Below the pieces are notes generated by a model. It was not told where the DNA came from. It was given only the letters and a program-made list of their open reading frames with translations, and ran no database searches. A stretch of 64,000 nucleotides of DNA from contig OW818697.1 in the NCBI GenBank assembly GCA_942493365.1, positions 1,512,668 to 1,576,667 on the forward strand. Direction: 5' to 3'. Source of the stretch: an uncultured Clostridiaceae bacterium. GTDB taxonomy: Bacteria; Bacillota; Clostridia; Saccharofermentanales; UBA5734. The translations under genes and the position numbers were made by a program. Of this stretch, positions 1-10,259 are shown piece by piece; the first letter of the stretch is position 1, and each line of letters starts with the position of its first letter.

Positions 1-2
1 GT

Positions 3-422
3 TATCTCAGCCAATCGCTGGCGGCGACCGGCAAATTTGATGTGCCCGAAAAAATCGGCCAACTCAGTGCGCGCGCTCAAGAGATTCTCTCGTTGGGCAA
101 CTCCAGCGGCGAAGGTTGGTTTCTGACCGGTGAAATGCTCGAGCTGATCCACAACGGCGTGCCCAACATCATCTGCGCCCAGCCCTTTGCCTGCCTGCCC
201 AACCACGTGACCGGCAAGGGCATGATCAAAGAATTGCGCCGCTTGCACCCGCTGTCCAACATCGTGCCGATCGATTACGATCCCGGCGCCAGCGAGGTCA
301 ATCAGCTCAACCGCATCAAACTGATGATTGCCACGGCTTTCCGCCAGCACCCGCCGGTCGTCGAGACCTGCGATGAACTCGAGGCAAACGGTAGTCAGAC
401 GACGGATTTTGCGTTAAACTGA
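3..422 (+). CDS. C-terminal part of a 2-hydroxyacyl-CoA dehydratase / CoA-substrate-specific enzyme activase family protein (5' end outside window)
   Basis: Frame open from base 3; motifs GEGWFLTGEM, QPFACLPNHVTGKG, DYDPGASEVNQLNRIKLM typical of this family's C-terminus. Confidence 0.75.
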   Translation, partial: YLSQSLAATGKFDVPEKIGQLSARAQEILSLGNSSGEGWFLTGEMLELIHNGVPNIICAQPFACLPNHVTGKGMIKELRRLHPLSNIVPIDYDPGASEVNQLNRIKLMIATAFRQHPPVVETCDELEANGSQTTDFALN

Positions 423-463
423 CAACGTAACAAAAATGATCAAGCTCAAAGGATGGTCGAACG

Positions 464-853
464 ATGCATCATATTTTCGAAACCACCAAGGCACCGCTGC
501 CCATCGGGCCGTATGCTCAGGCCATTCAGGCCGGCAACATGATTTTCATATCCGGCCAGATTCCGCTTTGCCCGGACACGGGTGAATTGATCAGCGCCGA
601 TTTGGCCACCCAGACTGAGCAGGTTCTGAAAAATCTGCAGGCCATCTTAACTGCCGCCAACTGCAACATTTCGCAAATCGTCAAGACAACGGTCTTCATG
701 ACCGACCTCAGTGAATTTGCGGCATTCAACAAAATCTACGGCGCCTGGTTGGGCACCCACACGCCAGCCCGTTCCACCGTTCAAGTCGCGGCACTGCCCA
801 AGGGCGCCCGCATTGAAATAGAAGCGATTGTTGTTAAGGAGACCCGTAAATGA
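464..853 (+). CDS. ridA: RidA/YjgF/YER057c family reactive intermediate deaminase
   Basis: APLPIGPYAQAI, SGQIP, PARSTVQVAALPKGARIEIEAI motifs. Confidence 0.9.
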   Translation: MHHIFETTKAPLPIGPYAQAIQAGNMIFISGQIPLCPDTGELISADLATQTEQVLKNLQAILTAANCNISQIVKTTVFMTDLSEFAAFNKIYGAWLGTHTPARSTVQVAALPKGARIEIEAIVVKETRK

Positions 854-1347
854 AAGACAAAATCCTGAAAATTACCTATGGCGGCGTATTGGCGGCCGTG
901 ATCATGCTGGCGACAGCCTTTCTGAGTTTTAATTTTTCCCGCGGTTATTTTAACATGGGCGATGGCGTCATATTTGGCACGGCGGTCATTTTGGGCCCAT
1001 TTGCATCCATCTGCGCGGCACTTGGATCGGCGCTGGCGGATTTGTATCTGGGCTATGCCATTTATATTCCCGCGACGGTTATCATCAAAGGCAGTATGGG
1101 ATTGCTGGCCGGTTACGTTTTACTCAAAAAGCCAAATATTCGTTGGTATGGCTTGCTTTTGACATTCGTGGCCTGTGAAGCCATCATGATTGTCGGCTAT
1201 TTTGCCTATGAATGGCTGATCTATGGTTTTGCTCTTGCTTTAGGCAATGTTATTCAGACCAACCTGATTCAAGCCGCGGCCGGTATTGTCCTGGGTATGG
1301 CCATCGTGCCGCTGGTTCGCCGCGTGAAACCACTGATCAAAATCTAA
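850..1347 (+). CDS. ECF transporter S component (substrate unknown)
   Basis: 165-aa hydrophobic protein with GYFNMGD...G.F...LGSALADL pattern; ATGA overlap with ridA. Confidence 0.8.
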   Translation: MKDKILKITYGGVLAAVIMLATAFLSFNFSRGYFNMGDGVIFGTAVILGPFASICAALGSALADLYLGYAIYIPATVIIKGSMGLLAGYVLLKKPNIRWYGLLLTFVACEAIMIVGYFAYEWLIYGFALALGNVIQTNLIQAAAGIVLGMAIVPLVRRVKPLIKI

Positions 1348-1378
1348 ATCAAACAAGCATAAATACAGGAGGTTTGGC

Positions 1379-1972
1379 GTGATCGCAGACTCGGAAAACC
1401 ATCTGATGGAACAAGCCCGTACGGGCGACCCCGATGCTTTTTCGATTTTGGTCGAGCGCTATTCTACGCGCCTTTACGGCGCCTGCTTCGGATTCCTGGG
1501 CAACCGCCAGGATGCTGAAGACTGTGTGCAGGATGCCTTTTTGAAGGCCTACCGGGGTATCGGTGATTACAACCAGCTGGCCGGTTTCTACACCTGGCTC
1601 TACCGTATTGCCATCAACACCTGCCGCGATTATATTCGCAAAAACCGCAGGACGCAGGTGTTTTCGCTCGACGAAGCGCTGGAAACCGACGACGGCCAGG
1701 TTTTTCAGCAAATTGCCGATGGGGCGCCGCTGCCGGACGAACTGGCCGAAACAGCGGAAACCGCAACCATGATCCGTGGAGAGATCGCCGCCATGCCGGA
1801 GTATCTCAAGGAAATTCTCATCCTGCGCGACCTGGAAGGGTTGAGTTACCACGAAACCGCGCTGCTCCTGACCCTCAACGAAGGAACAGTCAAATCGCGG
1901 CTTTCACGCGCGCGGCGGCATTTGATGGATAATATCAAACGCCGGGAACAAATTGCCGAGAAACGCGTCTAA
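1379..1972 (+). CDS. ECF-type RNA polymerase sigma factor (SigW/RpoE-like)
   Basis: DAEDCVQDAFLKAY, FYTWLYRIAINTC, LSYHETA...GTVKSRLSRARR; GGAGG SD before GTG. Confidence 0.92.
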   Translation: MIADSENHLMEQARTGDPDAFSILVERYSTRLYGACFGFLGNRQDAEDCVQDAFLKAYRGIGDYNQLAGFYTWLYRIAINTCRDYIRKNRRTQVFSLDEALETDDGQVFQQIADGAPLPDELAETAETATMIRGEIAAMPEYLKEILILRDLEGLSYHETALLLTLNEGTVKSRLSRARRHLMDNIKRREQIAEKRV

Positions 1973-2012
1973 CATTTAAGACCCGAAAATTACCGAAAGG
2001 AGATGCCGATCA

Positions 2013-2885
2013 ATGCCCAGAAAATGTCAATCCATCCTGCCCCTGCTGCCCGAATACCTGGACGAAGTTCTAACCGATCGGGATCGCCAGCGGGTTGAGC
2101 AACACCTTAAAGACTGCGCGGCCTGCCGCGCCGAATTGGCAATACAGCGTGAATGGCTGAAGACCAGATCGCTTTTTCTGCCTGAAACGACAGCGCCAAC
2201 CGGCCTGAATGAGCGGATCATGGCAGCCGTCCTGGCAGAACATACCAACCCCCAAGTCATCCTGCTGTCTGCGAAGCGGACAGAGCGCAATAAGTTCTGG
2301 AAATGGCAAACTTTGACTGCAACCGCGGCGGCCTTGTTGCTGATCATTGCCGTATGGCAGCTCGCGCCACTGTTTTTATTCACCAAAGCCGGCTCGGCGG
2401 CTACTTTCGCCGATGCCAGCGACTTGACAGGTTTTAATCCTGAATCGGCGACTGGCGAAAGCGACGGTATGACCACGTCTATATGCGGAACTTATCGGGG
2501 GTCTGGTGATTGGTTGCCTTATCCACCGCCGGAAATCTCGGCAAAAGGCTATTTTGAGAGCATTTTTGCCCAAGACGCTGCTAATTTTAATGCGGGCGCC
2601 CTTGATGGTATTCTGGCTGACGCTCAAGATATCAGGTATTTTTCACGGGATGCTAACGGCATGGAATCACTGATTATGGCTGCCTATAGTCAGGAAGAGA
2701 TCGATTCACGGATGATTGGCATAAAAAATGCGCTTACCCCTTGCGAAACCCCCATTCAGATTGAGATAATCAGGAGAGAAGATCTGCGCGGCAAATTGGA
2801 CAGCATTGACCAGACTTTGTATGACATTGCTTTTCCCGTGCCGCCGACACAATCATCCTGGATCTTCATTCTGATAGGGGCGTGA
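2013..2885 (+). CDS. Membrane-anchored zinc-binding anti-sigma factor (zf-HC2)
   Basis: N-terminal C...HLKDCAAC (HxxxCxxC), one TM segment, directly downstream of ECF sigma. Confidence 0.85.
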   Translation: MPRKCQSILPLLPEYLDEVLTDRDRQRVEQHLKDCAACRAELAIQREWLKTRSLFLPETTAPTGLNERIMAAVLAEHTNPQVILLSAKRTERNKFWKWQTLTATAAALLLIIAVWQLAPLFLFTKAGSAATFADASDLTGFNPESATGESDGMTTSICGTYRGSGDWLPYPPPEISAKGYFESIFAQDAANFNAGALDGILADAQDIRYFSRDANGMESLIMAAYSQEEIDSRMIGIKNALTPCETPIQIEIIRREDLRGKLDSIDQTLYDIAFPVPPTQSSWIFILIGA

Positions 2886-2889
2886 TGTC

Positions 2890-5583
2890 TTGCCAGAACA
2901 AACCCTGCTGCTGATTGACGGCAACAGCCTGATCAATAGAGCATTCTTCGGACTGCTCGGTCGCCACAATCTTACAGCGCCCGATGGCACACCCACCGGG
3001 GCGCTGTTTGCGTTTCTGAATATGTATCTGCGCTACATTGATGATATTCGTCCGACCCATGTGGTCACGGCTTTTGACCTTAAGGCACCGACCTTTCGCC
3101 ATGATCAGTATGACAATTACAAAGCGACCCGCAAGCCGATGCCGGACGAACTGGCTGTGCAAATGCCGCTGCTCAAACAGCTGCTCACCAGCCTTGGCGT
3201 CAAGTGCATGGAAATGACCGGCTATGAAGCCGATGACCTGATCGGGACACTGGCCATGCGCGGCAAGGCGGCCAGTTTCGCGGTCAGCATCATCACGGGC
3301 GACAAGGACAGCTTTCAACTCGCTGAAGCGGGCGTGACCATCCTGCAGCCCGTCACGCGCAATGGTAAAACCGAAACCGAACGCTATGATGAAGCCGCCG
3401 TGGTGGCGCGCTACCAGATTACACCAGCCCAGATCATCGATTTGAAGGCCATCATGGGCGATCCGTCCGACAACATTCCCGGCGTCAAGGGCATCGGGGA
3501 AAAGGGTGCGATCGAGCTGATGGTCAAATACGGCACCTTAGACCGTGTTTACGCTTCGCTTGACGAGATCCGGCCGGCCTTGGCGGACAAACTTCGGGAA
3601 AGCCGTGACATGGCCTATCTATCGCAGCAGTTGGCCACCATTTGCCGGACTGTGCCGATCACCGAGACGATTGATGACTTCGTCATCAAACCACCAGCAG
3701 TTGAGGAACTTTCAGACTTGCTGATTCGCCTGGGGTTTAAAAATATGATCGCCCGCTTGAATCTGTCTCCAGTCAATTCGCCGTCTAGCCTGCCGGACGA
3801 GCAGTCGGTGACTTGTCAAAACAGCAGCCTGCAGGAATTTTCGGTGGCGCTGCAAAGCAAGCCCGAGCTGACCGCGCTTTGGCTGGAAGCGGGGCAACCG
3901 TTGTATTGGACGGTTAAAGCGGGGCAGGTTTTTGCACTGCCTGGCGAAGACATTCCCGCGGCCTGGCAAATGTTGTTTGCAGCAAAATGTGCGGTCGCTT
4001 GCTGTGATTACAAAAAAATACTTCGGACGACCGGCTTGCCCGATTTGGATACCAGCCTGCACGACGTCGTCATTGCGGCCTATTTGCTCAATCAGATCGA
4101 TGGACGGCCGGATTTGGCCCGCATTTATCAGCAGGCAACTGGGCTGTCATTGCCTGAGGCAGCGGACAACGATTCCGAAGCAGTCAACGCGAAATCTAAA
4201 CCGTTGCCGGTGCAAACCGATCTTTTTACCTTGTCTGAGCATGCTGTGCCGGAAGCCAATGTCAATATCATCACGTCGATCAAGCCTGGACAGGATTTTT
4301 TGGCCCATGCCGTGCGCGAAATCGCCCTGCAACAGCAAACGCAAATCCAGGCGCGCGGCATTGAAAAGCTGGTCTACGAGATCGAAATGCCGCTGGCCGG
4401 CATTCTGGCGGCGATGGAAACGCGGGGCTTTTCGATCGATCTGACGGTACTCGACCAGCTGGCGACCGAGATGGATCGCACTTTAGAAACGCTGCAAATC
4501 AGCATCTTCGAACAATGCGGCCGCAGTTTCAACCTGAATTCGCCCAAACAGCTGGCGGACATACTTTATCAGGACCTCGGTCTGGCGTCGGGCAAGAAGC
4601 GCAGCAGCGGCTCATTTTCGACCGACTCAGAGGAACTGGAGCGTTTGGCGTTGGAGCACCCGGTCATCCCGCTGATCATCGAGCACCGCCAGGTCGCCAA
4701 GCTGCGTTCGACCTACGTCGAGGGCCTGAAAAAAGTACGTGACCCGGCCGACGGCCGTGTGCACACCACCTTCAACCAAACGCTGACCGCCACCGGACGG
4801 CTGAGCAGCACCGATCCCAACCTGCAGAACATTCCCATCCGCATGGCGGCCGGTCAGAAGATCCGCCGGGCTTTCATCGCCGCGCCGGGACATGTGCTGC
4901 TGGACGCCGACTACTCACAGATCGAACTGCGCATCCTGGCCCATCTGTCAGGCGACAAGGCGATGATCGACGCCTTCGTCAACAACGAAGACATTCACAC
5001 CAATACCGCCTGCCGCATTTTTGACACCACCGCCGACCGCATCACGCCGGAACAGCGCAGCGTTGCCAAAACGATGAATTTCAGCATTGTCTACGGCATC
5101 AGCGATTTTGGCCTGGCCCGCGATCTCGGTGTGACGATCCGTCAGGCTCATCAATACATCGCCGATTATGAAGCGCTGTACCCCGACGTCCGGCGCTACC
5201 TCAAAGAGTTGGTTGAGCAGGCCTACGCGCATGGCTACGTTGAGACGATGACCGGACGCCGCCGCTACATGCCCGAACTCAAGTCGCCCAATCGCAATTT
5301 GCGTCAGTTTGGCGAGCGGGCGGCCATGAACACGCCGGTGCAAGGCACAGCCGCTGACATGATCAAGATCGCCATGGTCAGCGCTGCAGCCGGACTGCGC
5401 GCCGCGGGTCTCAAATCCGAGCTGATCCTCCAGGTTCACGATGAACTGATCGTCGAAGCCCATTTGGATGAAATTGAACAGGCCTCGGCGATTCTGAAAT
5501 CGGCCATGCAGAATGCCATGCAATTGCAGGTGCCGCTGCTGGCCGAAGTCCGGCAGGGCGCCAGCTGGGCTGACTGTAAATAA
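2890..5583 (+). CDS. polA: DNA polymerase I
   Basis: 5'-3' exonuclease (LLIDGNSL, YEADDLIG, GDPSDNIPGVKGIG) and polymerase motifs (TGRLSSTDPNLQNIP, DYSQIELR, LQVHDEL). Confidence 0.98.
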   Translation: MPEQTLLLIDGNSLINRAFFGLLGRHNLTAPDGTPTGALFAFLNMYLRYIDDIRPTHVVTAFDLKAPTFRHDQYDNYKATRKPMPDELAVQMPLLKQLLTSLGVKCMEMTGYEADDLIGTLAMRGKAASFAVSIITGDKDSFQLAEAGVTILQPVTRNGKTETERYDEAAVVARYQITPAQIIDLKAIMGDPSDNIPGVKGIGEKGAIELMVKYGTLDRVYASLDEIRPALADKLRESRDMAYLSQQLATICRTVPITETIDDFVIKPPAVEELSDLLIRLGFKNMIARLNLSPVNSPSSLPDEQSVTCQNSSLQEFSVALQSKPELTALWLEAGQPLYWTVKAGQVFALPGEDIPAAWQMLFAAKCAVACCDYKKILRTTGLPDLDTSLHDVVIAAYLLNQIDGRPDLARIYQQATGLSLPEAADNDSEAVNAKSKPLPVQTDLFTLSEHAVPEANVNIITSIKPGQDFLAHAVREIALQQQTQIQARGIEKLVYEIEMPLAGILAAMETRGFSIDLTVLDQLATEMDRTLETLQISIFEQCGRSFNLNSPKQLADILYQDLGLASGKKRSSGSFSTDSEELERLALEHPVIPLIIEHRQVAKLRSTYVEGLKKVRDPADGRVHTTFNQTLTATGRLSSTDPNLQNIPIRMAAGQKIRRAFIAAPGHVLLDADYSQIELRILAHLSGDKAMIDAFVNNEDIHTNTACRIFDTTADRITPEQRSVAKTMNFSIVYGISDFGLARDLGVTIRQAHQYIADYEALYPDVRRYLKELVEQAYAHGYVETMTGRRRYMPELKSPNRNLRQFGERAAMNTPVQGTAADMIKIAMVSAAAGLRAAGLKSELILQVHDELIVEAHLDEIEQASAILKSAMQNAMQLQVPLLAEVRQGASWADCK

Positions 5584-5600
5584 ATATGGGATGGTGAAAG

Positions 5601-6251
5601 ATGTTTGTTCTTGGAATTACCGGCGGCATTGGCTGCGGAAAAAGTTCAGTGGCGCAAATTTGTCGAGAGGCCGGCCTGCCGGTTATTGATGCCGACGAAC
5701 TGTCGCGGCAGGTGACGGCAGCCGGTGGCGCGGCCATGCCGGCAATCATCGAAAAATTCGGCACCGGTGCGGCCGACGAAAAGGGCGCGCTCGACCGCCA
5801 GAGCATGGCCAGCAAGGTCTTCGCCAGCCATCGCACCCTGGACCAGCTGAGCGCCATCGTTCACCTGCATGTCGTCGAGCAGATCGGCCTGCAGGTCAAA
5901 AAACTGGAAGACAAAAAGACCCGAGCCGTCGTCCTCGATGTGCCGATTCCGGTCAAGCGCGGGTTTATTGATATCTGCAATCAGGTTTGGGTGGTCTGGG
6001 CCAGCGACGAGGTTCGTTTGGCCCGGCTGGCGGCGCGCGGCATGGATGGGGAAGAAGTTCGCCGTCGCATGGCCATGCAGATGAAGCGCGAGGATTACCT
6101 GAAACTGGCGGATCACGTCATCCAGAATGACGGCAGTCCCGAGGAGCTGACCGAGCAAGTCATGGCGCTGCTGGAGCAGGAACTGGGTCAGCGCGGCGTT
6201 CGCATCAAACGGGAAGCCAGGGAAGTCTCATCAGACGTTGAAACGGAATAG
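5601..6251 (+). CDS. coaE: Dephospho-CoA kinase
   Basis: GITGGIGCGKS P-loop, VIDAD; canonical position after polA. Confidence 0.95.
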   Translation: MFVLGITGGIGCGKSSVAQICREAGLPVIDADELSRQVTAAGGAAMPAIIEKFGTGAADEKGALDRQSMASKVFASHRTLDQLSAIVHLHVVEQIGLQVKKLEDKKTRAVVLDVPIPVKRGFIDICNQVWVVWASDEVRLARLAARGMDGEEVRRRMAMQMKREDYLKLADHVIQNDGSPEELTEQVMALLEQELGQRGVRIKREAREVSSDVETE

Positions 6252-7322
6252 GACGATATCGCCGTCCTGCATGACATATTCTTTGCCTTCGGAACGGACC
6301 AGCCCTTTTTCACGGGCGGCGGCGTAGGTGCCGCAGGCCACCAGATCATTAAATGAGACAACTTCGGCGCGGATAAAACCGCGTTCAAAGTCGGAGTGAA
6401 TTTTGCCGGCCGCTTGCGGTGCTTTGGTGCCGCGGCTGATCGTCCAGGCGCGGCATTCATCGGCCCCAGATGTCAAGAAGGACATTTGACCCAGCAGGTG
6501 ATAACCGGCGTGGATGATTTTGTCGAGGCCGGATTCTTCCAGCCCCAGGTCGGCCAGGAAAAGCTGACGCTCCTCGCTGTCCAGCATGGCAATTTCTTCT
6601 TCGATGCGCGCGCTGATCAGCACGACTTCGGCGTCTTCCGCGGCGGCGATGGCACGCACCGGCAAGACATAGTCCGGCTCTGGACCGGCCAGGGCGGCTT
6701 CGGATATGTTGGCGACATAGAGGATGGGCTTGAGGGACAGCAGCGCCAGATCACGCAGGAAAGGCTGCTCATCTTCGGTGAATTCCAGCGTGCGGGCGGA
6801 AAGCCCCTTGCCCAGCTGCTCGTAGATTTGCTCTTGCACGGCCAGTTCGGCGAGGAATTTTTTGTCGCCGCCCTTGACCATTTTGCGGGACTTGTCCAGA
6901 CGGCGCTCCATGTATTCGAGGTCGGAGAGAATCAGCTCGAGATTGATGGTTTCGATGTCGCGCGCCGGATCGGTGACGCCATCGACGTGGATGACATTGG
7001 CATCATCAAAACAGCGGACGACGTGCACAATGGCGTCGACTTCGCGGATATTGGCCAGAAATTTGTTGCCCAGGCCCTCGCCCTTGCTGGCGCCCTTGAC
7101 CAGACCGGCGATGTCGACAAAATCGATCAGAGCCGGTGTTTTTTTATCGGGATGGTACATCTCGGCCAGCACGTCCAGACGTTTGTCGGGCACGGCCACG
7201 ACGCCAATGTTGGGTTCAATGGTGCAGAAGGGATAGTTCGCGACAGCCGCGCCGGCGCGGGTGATGGCGTTGAACAGGGTGCTTTTTCCGACATTCGGCA
7301 GTCCGACGATTCCAAGGCGCAT
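6231..7322 (-). CDS. ychF: Redox-regulated ATPase YchF (Obg family)
   Basis: [42 protein letters not shown]; start set at ATG 7322 with GGAGG SD (track ORF starts too far upstream). Confidence 0.97.
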   Translation of the reverse strand: MRLGIVGLPNVGKSTLFNAITRAGAAVANYPFCTIEPNIGVVAVPDKRLDVLAEMYHPDKKTPALIDFVDIAGLVKGASKGEGLGNKFLANIREVDAIVHVVRCFDDANVIHVDGVTDPARDIETINLELILSDLEYMERRLDKSRKMVKGGDKKFLAELAVQEQIYEQLGKGLSARTLEFTEDEQPFLRDLALLSLKPILYVANISEAALAGPEPDYVLPVRAIAAAEDAEVVLISARIEEEIAMLDSEERQLFLADLGLEESGLDKIIHAGYHLLGQMSFLTSGADECRAWTISRGTKAPQAAGKIHSDFERGFIRAEVVSFNDLVACGTYAAAREKGLVRSEGKEYVMQDGDIVLFRFNV

Positions 7323-7473
7323 AGTGTTGTCCTCCAGGGCAGGTGTCAAAATGATCACCCCATTATGGCAGAAAATGACTGCTCGCGCAACGTTTGCGCT
7401 TTTGACGGTTTTTGTCGGATGATGGTCCAACGGGCGGCTAAAATGCTGTGATAAACTTGCGCTGTGAAGGCAG

Positions 7474-9036
7474 GTGGTTGTTTTGGCGCCGGTACGCTGC
7501 GGCAGAATTCGTTCGTGTGCGCTTTATGGCATTCAAGGCATCATGGTGGAAATCGAGGCGACCATCTTGCCCGGGCTGCCTTCATTTGAGATCGTTGGCC
7601 TGGGCGACTCGGCTGTACGCGAGTCACGCAATCGAGTGCATGCCGCGCTGAAAAACAATGGCTTTGATTTTCCCTCCAGCCGAATCACGGCCAGCTATGC
7701 GCCGGCCTGGCTGCGCAAAGAAGGGTCAGCGTTTGACCTGCCGCTGGCGTTGGCGATTTTGATTGCCTCCGGGCAGGTCCCTGCGGTGGATCAGCAGCTC
7801 AGTGTCTTTGGCGAACTCGGTCTGTCCGGTGAAGTTCGCAGTGTGCCGGGCGCGATTTGCCGGGCAGCGACCTGCGAAGAAAACCAGGTGACGCGGATAT
7901 TCGCGCCGCAAGGCAATGCCGCCGAAATTCAATCGTCCGGGAAATCTGGCTGCATACCCATTGCCCATCTGCGCGAAGCCGTGGATCTGCTGTGCGGCAG
8001 ACAGATTCAACGGCCGATCGAAGCGCATTTAAATGAAGAAAGAGAAGATATCGAAAAACCATTGCGCGACATCAGCACCATAATCGGACAGGGCAAGGCG
8101 GTCAGAGCTTTGCAGATTGCCGCTGCCGGCCGTCACAACCTGCTGCTGCTAGGTTCGCCGGGCTGCGGCAAAACATCATTGGCTTCGATTCTGCCCGACT
8201 TGCTGCCACCGCTGGAGCCTGAAGAATCGCTGCAGGTGACACGGATTTTCAGCGCTTCCGGCTTGCTGAAAGATGGACAAGGAATCTTGACCCGCCGGCC
8301 ATTTCGCTCGCCGCATCACTCGATCAGTCGTTCGGCGATGATTGGGGGCGGCGCTATTCCGGTACCGGGTGAAATCAGTCTGGCTCATCATGGGGTGCTT
8401 TTTCTTGACGAAATGACCGAATTCCAACCGGAAACGCTGGATCTGCTCAGGCAGCCGATCGAAGAACAAACCGTCAGGCTGACGCGCCTGCGGCACAGCA
8501 TGACCTACCCGGCCGATTTTGTTCTGGTTGGCGCGGCCAATCCCTGCCGCTGCGGCGAATACCTCGAGCCGACCGCCAGATGCCGATGTTCGCCCGAGCA
8601 GGTGCAGCGCCATTTGAACCGGCTCAGTGGACCGTTGCTGGATCGCATGGATTTGACCGTGGAAATGACGCGTCTGGCGGTAGACGATTTGCCGCTGAGT
8701 GTGAGCCGTCCAGCTGGGACGCTTGACAAGACTGCTGAGATTTCACGTGCCATCCATCGCTGCTGGGAAATGCAGCGGCAACGGTGTAACAATCTGGGTC
8801 TGCCTTTTGTCGCCAATGGCCGCCTGCACAGCGAAACGCTGGCGCGTATTCTCGACATTACAACTTCAATCGTTTCCTTTGCCGCCGAAGCCGCAGACAG
8901 CCTCAATCTTTCGGTTCGCGGCTATCAGCGCATTTTGCGCATTGCCAGAACCATCGCCGATCTCGAGCAGTCTGGGGCCGTTAAACTGGAGCACGTTGCC
9001 GAAGCCTTACAGTATCGGCACCGCAGCCCATCATGA
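7474..9036 (+). CDS. comM: YifB/ComM family Mg-chelatase-like AAA+ ATPase
   Basis: IVGLGDSAVRESRNRV, GSPGCGKT, PFRSPHHS, GVLFLDE, SGPLLDRMD; start uncertain. Confidence 0.93.
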   Translation: MVVLAPVRCGRIRSCALYGIQGIMVEIEATILPGLPSFEIVGLGDSAVRESRNRVHAALKNNGFDFPSSRITASYAPAWLRKEGSAFDLPLALAILIASGQVPAVDQQLSVFGELGLSGEVRSVPGAICRAATCEENQVTRIFAPQGNAAEIQSSGKSGCIPIAHLREAVDLLCGRQIQRPIEAHLNEEREDIEKPLRDISTIIGQGKAVRALQIAAAGRHNLLLLGSPGCGKTSLASILPDLLPPLEPEESLQVTRIFSASGLLKDGQGILTRRPFRSPHHSISRSAMIGGGAIPVPGEISLAHHGVLFLDEMTEFQPETLDLLRQPIEEQTVRLTRLRHSMTYPADFVLVGAANPCRCGEYLEPTARCRCSPEQVQRHLNRLSGPLLDRMDLTVEMTRLAVDDLPLSVSRPAGTLDKTAEISRAIHRCWEMQRQRCNNLGLPFVANGRLHSETLARILDITTSIVSFAAEAADSLNLSVRGYQRILRIARTIADLEQSGAVKLEHVAEALQYRHRSPS

Positions 9037-9045
9037 AGGGATGCC

Positions 9046-10221
9046 ATGAACGAAATTCAAACAAAGATCCGAAATTGCCTCTGGCTGAGCAATCTCAACA
9101 GCCAGGCAGGCCTGCCGCCAAACACAGTCAGAAAGATTCTGTCGATTTGGCCCAATCTTGACAGTCTGGTTGAGGCGCCGGCCAAACAACTGACGGAAGT
9201 GGTGGCCGGACCGCCCGAAAAAATCAAGCGTATGCTGGCTTTCCTGCGCGATAAGCAGCGCCTGCTGCTTTTGGACGAACAAGCGCGTACGGCCGACGAG
9301 CAGGGTATTCGAGCGATTTATTTTGCCGATCCAGAATACCCGTCACGCCTGAAACAGATCAGCCGCTGTCCTTTGGTGCTTTTTTACCGCGGCGAAAGAT
9401 TCACCGAAATAATGGCTGCCAGTTTCTTCGTCACGGTGATCGGAACACGCTCGCCGACGCAATACGGACGAATCGTGACGGAGCAAATCACGGAGGACCT
9501 TGCGCGGCAGGGCGTCGTGATTATCAGCGGACTGGCGCGCGGGATTGACGCCCTGGCGCATCAAGCGGCATTAAATGCCGGCGGCCAAACCATCGCGGTC
9601 GTCGGCAGCGGTCCCGACCTGTGCTATCCTAGAGAAAATCAAGACCTGATGAAAAAAATCGCCGCCAGCGGTTTGATCATCAGTGAATACCCGCCGGGGA
9701 CATTTCCGCTCAAGCAAAACTTTCCCGCCAGGAACCGTATCCTCAGCGGTATGGCTGATGCCGTTGCGGTTATTGAGGCATCACGCCGCAGCGGCACCAT
9801 GATCACAGCAGGATTTGCCGGTGAGCAGGGGCGGGATGTTTATGCGGTTCCCGGCAGCATTTTGTCGCCGTACAGTCAGGGCTGCAATCAGTTGATCAGG
9901 GATGGCGCTGAACTGCTGACTGCGGCCAGCGATATGCTGTGGCGTCTGCCTTCCGGACTCATCCAAACCCAGCTCGAGCAATCCATCCAGCGGGAAGTCG
10001 CGGAAATCGGCATCGACCTGCCCGGCAGTGCTGGCAGAATATACAAACGAATCTGCAAAGCTTTACGCAGTCATCCGATGTCTATGACGGATTTGTCCGA
10101 TTATCTTAATCTGACGCTTCCCGAGACCGCGGTTTTGCTGACTGGATTGGAAATCGACGGACGATTAATCTGCGAACGGGGCAGATACTCTTTGACACAG
10201 GCAGCGCTTTCCTGTATATAA
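9046..10221 (+). CDS. dprA: DNA-processing protein DprA
   Basis: VIGTR, IISGLARGIDALAH, FPARNRILSG, SGTMITA motifs. Confidence 0.95.
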   Translation: MNEIQTKIRNCLWLSNLNSQAGLPPNTVRKILSIWPNLDSLVEAPAKQLTEVVAGPPEKIKRMLAFLRDKQRLLLLDEQARTADEQGIRAIYFADPEYPSRLKQISRCPLVLFYRGERFTEIMAASFFVTVIGTRSPTQYGRIVTEQITEDLARQGVVIISGLARGIDALAHQAALNAGGQTIAVVGSGPDLCYPRENQDLMKKIAASGLIISEYPPGTFPLKQNFPARNRILSGMADAVAVIEASRRSGTMITAGFAGEQGRDVYAVPGSILSPYSQGCNQLIRDGAELLTAASDMLWRLPSGLIQTQLEQSIQREVAEIGIDLPGSAGRIYKRICKALRSHPMSMTDLSDYLNLTLPETAVLLTGLEIDGRLICERGRYSLTQAALSCI

Positions 10222-10259
10222 TGGTAAAGCAACCATCAGACGCAAAGGATAAAACAACA

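Noticed and set aside
6231-6251. Convergent 3' overlaps coaE/ychF (21 nt) and trmFO/dapB (13759-13789, 31 nt)
   Set aside because: Short convergent overlaps are common and not evidence of a system
6396-7451. 351-aa plus-strand ORF
   Set aside because: Antisense shadow of ychF; no recognisable motifs; such shadows are expected in GC-rich coding DNA
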